Positions 25,507-37,048 of a stretch of 64,000 bases of DNA are shown here, piece after piece (positions within the stretch are counted from its first letter, which is position 1; every line of letters starts with the position of its first letter). The translations under genes and the position numbers were made by a program. This stretch comes from Octopus bimaculoides. Taxonomy: Eukaryota. The notes under the pieces are model-generated. The model was not told the DNA's origin. It saw nothing but the letters and a program-made list of their open reading frames with translations, and made no database searches. The DNA lies in contig NC_068986.1 of NCBI RefSeq assembly GCF_001194135.2, forward strand, positions 2,388,396-2,452,395. The letters are read 5' to 3'.

Positions 25507-26570
25507 CTAAAGTTGAAAAGACAATACAAAAGATATACAATCACATAATTAATATGGTTCTTTGGAAATTTTACTGTAATACTTGGCACAATTAATATCT
25601 CACACAACACATTTAGACAGAGATTACTTCAAACAGAAACTCCTACATTTTTCCTCACCTCATATGACACATCTACAAACCACTAATCATGTTAAATTGA
25701 CATATCTATAATGTCCAATCTATATTATGTCGAACCCATTAATTCTCAACATTATCCATTCCTTCTTTCTTCTGGAATCCCCCCTATCCCTGTTTTTCCT
25801 AAGACCATAAACTGATCTTTGAGGATCAGCAAAAGCCAAGGGTACAGTTCCTTCCTTGAAAGCAAAACATTATAAATAAAACAGTTATAATCCTTTGGGC
25901 TTCATTCTAAATTGGACACCACACACAATGCAGACATATGCATCCTTCTACTTACAATTTAGAGATGGTTACAAAATCCAACAGCATTTACCAATAGTTT
26001 TACTCTTGGAGAACCTTTGAAATACTTTCCATGTCTCACGGAACCCATACATGAAATTTACAGTGCATACTCTAAATCTTCATTAATCTCATACTTTCTC
26101 TTTCATAAAGTTAAACTTCGTAAATGATTGAACAAATCATATTGTCTTTCAAAAGTTTGGCAAATACCAAATCTATCAGACACCACAAAGAAATTCAAAA
26201 TTCAAAATAATTAAGACCATGTTTAGACCAAACTCCCTTACAATTTCCTATCAAGAGGTTATTTTTCCCAAATTACCAACAGGTGCCAGGATTTCAAATA
26301 TGCTCTGTGTGTATAAAATTAACAATATAAAATTAGACACAAAAATTACTCAAAAATGCATTTGCATATAATCTGCTTTTCTTGTGGAACCCCTAGCAAT
26401 CTCTTGCAGAAGATTAGGGTTCTGGGGAACCTCAAATGGAAAATACTGGATTAGACTTTACTCCAATATAATGTTTAATCTTCATTACAATATTCCTACA
26501 TCAGTAGTTAATAAAACATTGAAAAATGTAACTAAAATATAATTAAATCATAAACAACAAAAGTACTCAC

Positions 26571-26744
26571 TTGTATCAAAACAATAAAGGATATTACATG
26601 CTCCATCTTTATCATTGCGGCCACCCCAAATGAAAACACAGTCCCCAAGAGCAACAGCTGTGTGTCCGTAACGTTGGTAGGGAACATGCTTGTACTGGCT
26701 ATCACCAGGCGTCGGAACAGGTAGCCTCTTCCAACGTAAGGAGA
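26571..26744 (-). CDS. KLHDC3: KLHDC3 exon 2
   Basis: tttcag / gtgagt; VSLRWKRLP...VPYQRYGHTAVALGDCVFIWGGRNDKDGACNILYCFDT; 174 nt, phase 1 to 1. Confidence 0.96.
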
Positions 26745-26861
26745 CTGAAAATAGAAAAGAACATAGCTTTTACCTTCAACTTCTCCCTCTCCCCGCTAAG
26801 TTACGGGGACGTAAACACACCAGCATCGGTTGTCAAGCGATGTTGGGGGGGACAAACACAG

Positions 26862-26914
<53 letters not shown>

Positions 26915-27018
26915 AGAAATGAGGGCAGGGAATCGCCAATTAATAATAGAATTAACAATTAACAATTTTGCCAAGTAGTTCAGTATGAAATAAACCTTTA
27001 TCGGTAAGACCATTTATC

Positions 27019-27078
27019 ATCATAAATATAAGGGATTAGCAATTGAGTAGCAACTCAATTGCTAATCCCTTATATTTA

Positions 27079-27082
<4 letters not shown>
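27019..27082. repeat. Perfect palindrome, 30-bp arms and 4-nt loop
   Basis: atcataaatataagggattagcaattgagt-agca-actcaattgctaatcccttatatttatgat; 30 of 30 pairs. Confidence 0.95.
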
Positions 27083-27115
<33 letters not shown>

Positions 27116-27426
27116 TGCTAGCATGTCAGTATGTGTTACTCTATGTTCCCGATTCAAGATCGATTTCACTGAACTATTATAAGGATGAGCTCGATTTTAT
27201 CATCCCCAACAAAATTTCGCCTTGCATAGTGTGAAAAAAATACCAATATATCAATTAAAAGTAGCTTTCATTGACAGCAGCAGTTAAATAGCTTAAAAGT
27301 ACTTGATACAAAACAAAAAAAAATATCTAACAAGATGTTGCTGCTGTTTAGTCCCACATCAAACCTGGTCAAGCAGACCAACGGTTATAGAGCATTCAAG
27401 CGCATCCTTATTATTATTATTATTAT

Positions 27427-28214
27427 CGCCTGGCAGTGCTACCGAGGTGCGCTACCTGTTCGAGATAAACTCTACCGACATGGAAGTGCCGTCAACCGGG
27501 CCTGCCCGAGGTGCGCTCAGGACGACGAAACCGTTCTGCACGCACTCGTCCAGTGCCCGAGCATTGCTGACCTGTGGGTCTATATCGAACAGCTACTGTC
27601 ACGTGTAGGACGGATCCGGCTATCAGCTGGATCCATCGTGAGAATTGACCCGCCGACCTCCTTTAACCAGGAGGGCAAGGCAATTTTCCTATGCCTAGTG
27701 GCTGTAGCGAAAGAGGTGATATGGTGGACCCGTTTGAAAGGGCTAAAGACAGACACTTTCCTCTTTGGCCAAGGCCTCATCNNNNNNNNNNNNNNNNNNN
27801 NNNNNNNNNNNNNNNNNNNNNNNNNNNNNNNNNNNNNNNNNNNNNNNNNNNNNNNNNNNNNNNNNNNNNNNNNNNNNNNNNNNNNNNNNNNNNNNNNNNN
27901 NNNNNNNNNNNNNNNNNNNNNNNNNNNNNNNNNNNNNNNNNNNNNNNNNNNNNNNNNNNNNNNNNNNNNNNNGGGTTTTCCACGTGTAACCTTTCCTTTT
28001 TCGAAGCGCCTCCCCCTTTGGGAGTTCTACTTATTTATTTATCTATTTATTTATTATATCCTTCTCCGTTTTCTTCCTCTGTTTAGACGAACTTTCCTAC
28101 CTTTTCGGACAAAACCTTTTGTAACCTTCGTCCTGTCTTTGTCCTAATATGTCTTTAATTGATATTAGCCCTTGTGGCCAATAAAACGAATTAATTATTA
28201 TTATTATTATTATT
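27427..28214 (+). mobile_element. Tx1/L1-like LINE, 5'-truncated, in KLHDC3 intron 1 (antisense)
   Basis: AWQCYRGALPVRDKL...CPRC..DETVLHALVQC (zf-RVT-type CCHC); AATAAA at 28180; (TTA)n tail; gap 27782-27971. Confidence 0.8.
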
Positions 28215-29122
28215 GCAGCAACAGTGTGTAAAACGGACTACATTATTCAGTGAGTGGCTTAGAATATAGGTAAAAAAAAGTCAGAGGTCTTGTCTGGTTC
28301 CTGTGACTTTATTATCGGCCACCATAAATTAACTGTGACTTTATTACCGGTCACCGTGGCTTTAGGAAGACATAACTGCTATGTCTAGCAGCAACTACGT
28401 AGAGACTTGTCATTTAGTACTCCGTCTTAGTTTACCCATGATTGAGCAAACTTTACCGTTGATAAAAAGTTGTTCCAGTCGAGACCATTCTACCATTTAG
28501 TATGTCTACATGTAGTGAATTTCTTCATTTGAGAAAGTTGTATACTATTTGAGGGAAATTTGACCGGTATTATTTCTAGCAGTTATCCTTGGGGTAGAGA
28601 TGTAAATAAAGGAAGAATATAAAATATATCATCTCACTTACACAGAAATAGAAAAAGGAGCTTAAAAGGAGTCGGAGTGAAAATACATTTATTGGAGAAC
28701 ATCTATTGCAGAAAAATATAACTTACGATGGAGTACAAATAAAAAGAATGTAAACACTGAAAAATTATAGTCAACGGGTTTATATAAGAACAGGAAAATA
28801 AGGATGCTTTCGTTTCTCGTTCCAATTTTCATCCTGAAAAATCTGATTTAACATTTTAAAAAAAACAAAAATCATATCGGATTTCTAAAAAGATGACAGG
28901 ATTGAATTACGGGTGGGAAAGTATTAAAAGAAAACTGGCTTCATATGGTGTGCGTATATGAGAAATAAAAGAAAAAAATATGCATATTGTTGAAATAAAG
29001 TTTCTAAACAATGCGGTGTAGAAACATTTGGTAGTAACGAAACTTAAGAATTATAAGAATATCTTTTCTTAGACAGGAACAAGTGTGGAAGACGTAGAAT
29101 AACAACAACGCATCGAACTTAC

Positions 29123-29288
29123 CAACATCGAGGACGTGTACGTCCATGGGCCGTGTTGTCTCATAGTCTTCTCCGGAACAATAACCACCAAAAGAAAAGA
29201 TTCTCTCCCAGAAACTGTTACAAATTGCTACTGCAGCATGGTTGACCCGTTTGGGACCACCTTCAAGATGTATTGTCCACCTCTGCAT
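29123..29288 (-). CDS. KLHDC3: KLHDC3 exon 1 (first coding exon)
   Basis: ATG at 29288; MQRWTIHLEGGPKRVNHAAVA...FSFGGYCSGEDYETTRPMDVHVLDV; donor gtaagt; 166 nt, phase 1. Confidence 0.96.
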
Positions 29289-29422
29289 GCTGCAATATCG
29301 TTCAGACCAATAAAAGTATGGAGAAAACCGCTTTAGGTAGCGAGGTTGCTGCAGAAAAGATGAAAATGAAATTAATGTATAATGTGATAATTAATTTTAC
29401 ACGGATAGACTCCGCTATTATG

Positions 29423-29480
<58 letters not shown>

Positions 29481-32104
29481 GACGAGAATCAAGTCAACGG
29501 AAAGTGAAAACAAAAAGGGAGATAACTCTAAAGGACACGGCTTTAAATAATGCCAAGCATTTTTTTTTTTTTTCTTTTAAAACAGTTTGTCACTATTTCA
29601 TACAGAGACATTAATAATTTAAATACAATTTGTCGCTTTTATACCACTTTTACGTGATGTAGAAGTATACAACAGTGTTACTAATCTTCAATAACCAGGC
29701 AACTTACCTAATTCTGCTTAATATCGGCTTCAAAGGTAATAGAAGCAAATATGTTAGGATCACTTCCTTCGCTTATGAAAACATAACTTTTGAAGATTAT
29801 CGTTAATAAATAATATATTACTTATCTAAATGCCTCTATCGATATTTCAAAGAGCTAGCTCCCTTATAAATCTCCCTTTAGTCAAGCAACAATGAATTCA
29901 TGCCCTCATGACTGACATGGGAAGCTTCTGGCAAAGCTGTTCAATTATTGACTATCTGTCATTAATCATCTGAATAATAAAAGGAAATATTAAAAAGAGA
30001 AAGACACCTTCATATGATATCGTTCCATAGCAGCGTCTGTTGACTAGACGTTCTCTAATCCTCGCTATCAAAGCTTCAAGGCGTTTATTTCTATCAGAAA
30101 CCCAATTTTTTTTCTAAATAATTTTAAAAACTAATAGTAATCCCTCACAATCATACGCATGCAACCATTATCCAGCTTTCCTCCACTTCGCACGAATATT
30201 ATCCACAACCGTCGAGAGCAAAGAAACCCACAACACGACATCGGTGGTTAGCTGAGAAGTTCGCTTTCAGGGTCGAACCCGTTTGGGTTATAAACATTTG
30301 ATTAATGGAAACTGGTTAAGTACATCATGTACGTACGTACATACATACAATTGTGTGTGTAAATGAACACGAACATACCTATGAATGTACGCATGCATGC
30401 ATGTGTATTTATATCTTTCGTCGATAGCTATCGGTTTAGGATATAAACAATGTCGAGGAAACTGAAAAACCAGTAGTTTTCAAATGCTGTATCTTGCTAT
30501 ACTTGTTCCGTACCGAGCTATGAACACTCGCTTACCAGTCCAGCTGTGAACTAGTGACCGGCCCATTAGAAACCTGTAATCAACGACACTATTTACTGAT
30601 TGCGATAAAAATAAATAAATAACATGAAAAACGACTAAACCTCCTCGTATTTCTTCCAATTTTTGATGATGTTTCATATAATCTACATAATTTTCATATA
30701 ACCAAGATTGTGATAAATGTTTGACTAACCTTTGACAAAACAAAAAGTACTTCAACCTTAAATAGTCATCAGTCATCACAAGACGGATATTCTTTCCACC
30801 CATATGCTCTTTGGACAGCAGACTTCACCTCTCCACAAATATAATACATCTAATTGATGTCTTTAGTAAAGCCTACACTGTTGTAAGCATTCTAGTTATG
30901 TATCCAGTTTGAAGATACCTTTCTCTTTCCCTCTAACTAGTCTTGGAGGCATTATAAAGGGTCAAGGAACACTTCCTTTTTGCCTGAATAATTAAAACCT
31001 TAACTACAATGCACTTACCCTTGTTTGTTCACAATCAGGATCAATTTTTTTTTTTAATAGATTAACCACCTTTAAGTAAGCCTTCATTTGCAAAACGACA
31101 ATAATAAGCATTTGAAATGAGGTAAGGTGGAATCAAGAGGTTTTGCGAACCCTTTTGCTGTGAGATCGAAGCAATTGATGCTGAGCTTAAACAATTGTAG
31201 ATCAGGGTTGGCGGGTAAGAAAAAAAAAAAAAAAAAAGCGAGTTCAGAGAAGGAATCCCTTAGAAAATGTTTAGTGAATGATCACCAAGAAATGATACAA
31301 ATGGTGACAGTTGCTGGCTCACAAGAATGTCTTTGTGGAGCTAGGTGGAAGGAATATCCAGATATCTTGTTCAGAAAATCAAAAACCATTGTAAGTCTGT
31401 GAGTGAGTGATTAAAATGTATTGTTGAATGAAACGTTACTTATCATTTGAATGAATATTGGAATCAGTCTAGAATAGTGATGTTTGCACAACACTGTTCT
31501 AAACTACCATGGCCTGCATCATTTCTTATTAGTACAGAGAATTGTTGCTTCCTGTACCTCTTTATAATTTCTCCAATCATTACACACTGTTCAGCAAGTT
31601 TTCAATTGATAAGTAACTATTCTACTCTGTCTCTATACGAAACTCTTCAAAACTCATCTACAAACACCTTTACTAAATTCATTCTTACAGAAAAATTACA
31701 ATCTTTATTAGCTGTTTCCAGAATCCTCCACCACAAAAGAAATAATTTTCATACCATTATCATGCAACTTTTGTTTAAAATATAATATAATTACGATGAA
31801 AGTAAACAAAGTTTGTTTTAGAAGCATTGGGATGTATTGAAAGATAGAGGAATAAATTTTTTATTCTCAAATGCATGATAATGCTAATAAATAGCGTGAT
31901 CAGGATAAATTATCCATACATTGCAGAAAAATACGCTACCGGCCAGCCATGATTCATTTTGTTTTAAATGTATTTCATTCAACCTATTCTAATTCTTAAA
32001 TATACAGCTGTTCTTCCACAAACATCAATAGTTAGCATGCTGACACAGTAAATTGCCCAACAACCTAATAGAGCTACTGATTTCCTTTTATAACAATACT
32101 TTAA

Positions 32105-32323
32105 TATTAGTTTCAAATTTTGTCACAAGGCCAGCAAGTTTGGGGGAGAGTGGTAAGTCAATTACATTGACCCCCAGTACTCAACCGGTACCTATTTTAT
32201 CAACCCTGAAAGGATGAAAGGCAGTGTTGACCTTGGTGAAATTTGAACTCAGAACACAAAGATGCAAGAAATGCCACTAAGCATTTTACTTGGCATGCTA
32301 ATGATTCTGCCAGCTCTCCGCTT
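32105..32323 (-). mobile_element. tRNA-derived SINE, family A
   Basis: Matches 3640-3853 and the reverse complement of 7385-7612. Confidence 0.75.
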
Positions 32324-33199
32324 TACAATACCATAATATCAGATGTCCAAAGATAACATTAAAAAAAATAATAACGGAGCAGCCTAAGCCAAAGAACAGG
32401 GTTTCATACAATCCATCATATTGGACTTAATGCGTCTGTAGGTAGACTGCTGGTCTAAACTAATTAATAAGAGATTAGATAATTCACAGAGCTGTTTTAA
32501 ATTTTAGCCTATGTTTAATTACATGTAATCAATAAAATTACACAGGAAACATGTAGCAAAACAAAACCAAAATATTTTTCCTTTTATCTGTCAGTTTTTT
32601 TTTCTTTTGTCATAATGAAATTGAAGATTGAAATACAACTCAAAATGAATTTTGCTATGGAAAAAGATATCCTATTGATATGTATTTTATCAAACCCATT
32701 TCAGATTACAGAACATAATTGTGAGTTTCAAGTTAGTACATTGAAGCCTATGTTAAATACTATACTAAAAGCTATAAAAGCATATAATGTAATAAAAATA
32801 AGCAGACAGGTCAAACCAATAATGTTTCTGATTGGTAGCATTAAATATTAATGCTGTTCATATTCTATGCAAGGTGAAATAATGTGGAATGTTGTTTTTA
32901 GTGAAATACAAAAGTAATATGAAATATAAGCATTAAATTAATATCACTGATGCATCACAAAGGCCCAAGTTTTTCCAGAGAGGAATTAACAGAAGTGAGA
33001 ATTAAAATGGCTTCAGCAATGAAAATGTCACTATCTGATTCAACAGGACATTACTTCTGGTAATATAGTGCTAACAAGCAATTGCATTAATATACATAAT
33101 ATACACCATCATTATCATCATTTTTATGACCAACTTTCTATGCCGGGATGGGTTGAACTGGTTGTCACAGTCTAAGTCATCTGTTATTGAGAGTTGCCT

Positions 33200-33530
33200 C
33201 TTTCTAGTGAAACAACTTCAGAAGTACTTAACTTGGAACAAACCCCAATACCTAAGCATTTGTCAGCTTGGAAAAGCCTTTGACAGGGTTCCACACTCAG
33301 TAATCTAGTGGTCACTAAGGAAACTAAGAGTAGAGGTATAGCTTGTGAGGGCTATAAAAAAAATCATGCATACAGGTGAAGTCAGTAATGAATTTAGTGT
33401 GCAGGTAGAGCTCCACCGAAGCTCAATCCTCAGTTCTCTTCTGTTTATCAAAGTCTTTCAGGCCACAATGGAGGAGCTTAAGAGCAGCTGTCCAGAGAAA
33501 CTCATATATATTTCCACAGTACAGCTAATC
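33200..33530 (+). mobile_element. Decayed RTE-clade RT fragment
   Basis: LQKYL..NKPQYL..LGKAFDRVPHSVI*WSLRKL..EFSVQVELHRSSILSSLLFI. Confidence 0.75.
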
Positions 33531-33741
33531 TTATTAATTTAAATATACTGGACCTAAGGAACAAGCTCAGGAAAGTAAAACAGCCTTGAATTGAATTGCA
33601 ACATAGAATTCCTCCTGGAACAATCACAACAAATATTAAAATTTTGTTGATCTAAAAGTATTATAAAAAATTACCGAGCATAAAAACACAAATAATCTAC
33701 AAAGTCAGCTATTTTTTAAAAACATATTGTCAAGTATTTAC

Positions 33742-33832
33742 CTTGTAATTATTGATTTTTATCATGACACAGCCTCCCCACCACTGCCACCACCACCACC
33801 ATCCTTGAAGAATATGCTCTCATAAATTACAA
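33742..33832 (-). other. Candidate non-coding exon
   Basis: atattcag acceptor and AAG|gtaaat donor; stops in all three frames. Confidence 0.3.
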
Positions 33833-34739
33833 CTGAATATATGCAGAGCAGACAATTTAAAACCCACTTTATCTGTTTACAAAGACAAGTAAAGCAGGTA
33901 TTAAATTGTTAGACACACCATCTGTTTTTACATAACAATATAACTGTCTCTGTTATGGTAAAAATATCAAAGAATTTTTTTTAGTTGGTCTTCCAACATT
34001 GTCATAATTCACTATGTCCAATTATAGCAGCAGACATATATTCCTCTACTAATTCTTGTTACTTAACATTATATCAAAAGTAAAACAGAACACCTGAGAG
34101 GCTGATATGCTGGGCCAAATATGCTAAATAACAAATTCAAACCTTACAACTACAGTCATTGTATGTGTTCTTGATAAATCAGAGCACTACTTATCACGGC
34201 TTGCCTAACTGGCAAAAATTTCACTCCTTCACACTTCACAGTTAAGTAAATAATAAAGGAAAGGCAGCCAACTATAAACAGCTACTCCAATATTTTGTGA
34301 ATGTCTAAATTTCCAAAAGCCTTTCCTCTATATCATGGGAAAATAGATGTAAAACAATGAATAAAATTCTTTTGGAAGAGGAAGCAATTGATGTAGCAGA
34401 TAACATCTCTACCTTCCTAATTACTTTTGTAGTTAGTCTGCTTTAAGAATTCAAGATCTTTTAGATTATGTATAAAATGCAGCCTTTGTTTTCCTAGGCC
34501 AAACACAAACATAAGTTACCATTAATTGGGACTACTTTTCATTAATCACATATCCTTTTGAACTACCTGTTAAACCAAATGTATTTGCATCTCATTTTTC
34601 CTCACCTTATGTTTTTACTACCTGACTATTTTCTCACCTCATCTATACTTAATCTTTCAGAGGAATTCCAGAACATCTAGAACACGCAGAACACACACAG
34701 GTACAGAAATGTTCATTGTTGCCAAGAGGTAACAGTCGT

Positions 34740-35790
34740 TTAGTACACCTTACGTTAACGAGAGTTATATCTGTCCGTTCCCTCTTCACGGTCAAATGGC
34801 TAAACCAATGGTCACGATGTTTTTCAGTATTACGAGGGAGGTAATCAGGAAGGTTTTTAGCGAAAAAAAATGTAAAAAGTATGATTATTTAGTGGATATT
34901 GAGTTTTGTATTAACAAATCACCTTTGACTTTTTTGCTTAAATTCTGATGATGAGGATTAACTCTGGATTTCCCCCCATATAAGTTCATGAATTTAGAGA
35001 TTTGAGATTTACGATACTATCCCTTTATTTCCCATCGTAGATGGGCAGATTTTTTATCTTACTATAATGGGCATTATGTCCGTCTCTTTGTCTGTTCCCT
35101 CTTCACAGCCAGACAGCTGGACCAATGGTTACGATATTTTTCGGGATTACAAAGACGGTCATCAGGAAGGTTTTTGGCATTAAAAAAAATCAGAAAGTTT
35201 AATTATTTCGCAGATATTGATTTTTGAATTGATTAACCACCTTTGCATTTTTATCAAAAATTCACCGACCACGAGTAACTCTGGATTTTCATCGTATAGT
35301 TTGTGGCTCCATCATAGATACAAAAGGGGTCACAAGGACGGTTAGTAGTGAAAATTAAATGTAAAAAAGTGTATGTGATTATTTAGTGGTTATTAAAGTG
35401 TGTCAGTCTTGAGCAGGATTCGAAATGGCTAATTGAAGCGGCTGTTGTTTACATCTTAGTTTTGTCAATCAAAATAACCCATGGTACCAGAACATCCAGA
35501 CATTATTCATATAGAACAGTGAGAGGTATGTCTTAGCTTGATTTTTTGCAAACCTAAAGATGCCGTTTGCACATTCAAAGCAAACAAGGCACAGGACCAG
35601 ACTTTAGATCGTGTATTTTTACCCACTCCGATGTTTACACATGGCCAGTCATACATCGCTATGGCTAGAGCAACAGACTCCAGAAATTTGAAACAGAAAA
35701 TATCGTCTACAAACAAGTTTTGTAATCATATTGATATCATCGAAAGGAATATGGTTCATAATTTGAATAAGGAAATTTGTGTACTTTGAA
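34740..35790 (+). mobile_element. Helitron remnant: two ~210-bp direct repeats plus a PIF1 helicase fragment
   Basis: FKANKAQDQTLDRVFLPTPMFTHGQSYIAMARATDSRNLK matches PIF1 motifs V-VI; repeats at 34770-34980 and 35090-35300; hairpin cccatc-gta-gatggg at ~35031. Confidence 0.65.
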
Positions 35791-37009
35791 TGTATAAGAG
35801 TATAAACAAGCGTAAAATAGTGTAAACAACTAAAATAAAGTATATCTAAATAACATTTTTTTCTTAATACTTTTAATGTAGTTAGTGGTCGAAAGCAGCT
35901 CTGACTTTCGTTAGAAGTGATCCACGACTTTTTATGATACAGAAGCTGGGAGCCTATTTCAGTTTGGGAGTAAATTGTCATCACATGTCACTTAGTCACA
36001 AACACATCATATACCTGCAATAGAATGCTGTATCACCAACAATAATGTGATTTCTTTAAGACATCACCCAGTAATCTATTGAGTTCATTTACACATTTCT
36101 CATTGCATAACGCTGTTATGACCTCCCTCCCTCATTTTATGGGTAGATTTGCTAGTTAATCTAATGACATGAAGAAGATGCTCTATAGATTTTTAATACT
36201 GGATTTCTATTTCTATCAAGAGGGAAAAAGAGAAATCAAGTTTTGCTCATGAGATGAACTCTCTATTTAAAAGCTAACAAAATACACTTCAGTAATCCAA
36301 TACTGTATGTAGCTTCTGCTACATATACCTACTTACAGCTGGACTTATTGAAAGAGAAGCAATTGTCACTGATATAACAGCCTGTCTGCAACAAACTATA
36401 ACCCACTAACCATGGCACTCTAATATGTGAGATATGAAAACATGGTACAATATAAATTGTACTTCTGTTATACAGTGGCTAGAATTCTAACAGACTTTTA
36501 TGACTGACAGTACGACAAGTTAGTTCAAGAATTCCTCTCTACTGTACAATAAATGATATATCATGCTTGGCTGCTATTAATAAAGATAATAAAATCAAGC
36601 TGGGACATATAAATATATATATACATATATTTATTTAAATGAACTATTCAAACACTGAGATTTGAAGTTAGATGTCACTACTGTTCATATCATCTGTGGA
36701 TAAATTCAAAATTTGATGATATCACCAGTAGTAGCATGGGTGGAACGCAGTTATGATAGCTTTATCAAGCTATGAAATATCATAATGATGCTTAATGAGC
36801 ATCTACCTGCTAGAAATAAGAGCCAAGTCTTAAATAATCCACCGTAGCGCACCAATATAACAGAGAAAAAAACAGTATGCGAGGAAAACAGACCGAATTA
36901 AAACATTTAACAACACAAATAAAAATATTATGCAATTACGGATATCCACAAACCAGGTTTCTGCTTTTGGTTATTTTACTGAAGTAAAAGTAAAGAGAGA
37001 AATGTTTAC

Positions 37010-37048
37010 CTCATCTGCCTTTCCAGCGAGCTTCTATTAAAACTGGTC
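37010..37048 (-). other. Candidate 39-nt exon
   Basis: tttctttttcag acceptor and GAG|gtaaac donor. Confidence 0.4.

Noticed and set aside
25982-26448. Possible hAT-like MITE in intron 2
   Set aside because: Termini only weakly complementary and no 8-bp TSD; not supportable
30480-30850. 107-aa minus ORF and an overlapping 26-aa ORF (MYYICGEVKSAVQRAYGWKEYPSCDD)
   Set aside because: No recognisable domain or convincing splice sites
31127-31402. 91-aa plus ORF with a gtaagt donor at 31391 (possible divergent gene)
   Set aside because: Poly-A-derived Lys run, no homology recognised and no partner exons found
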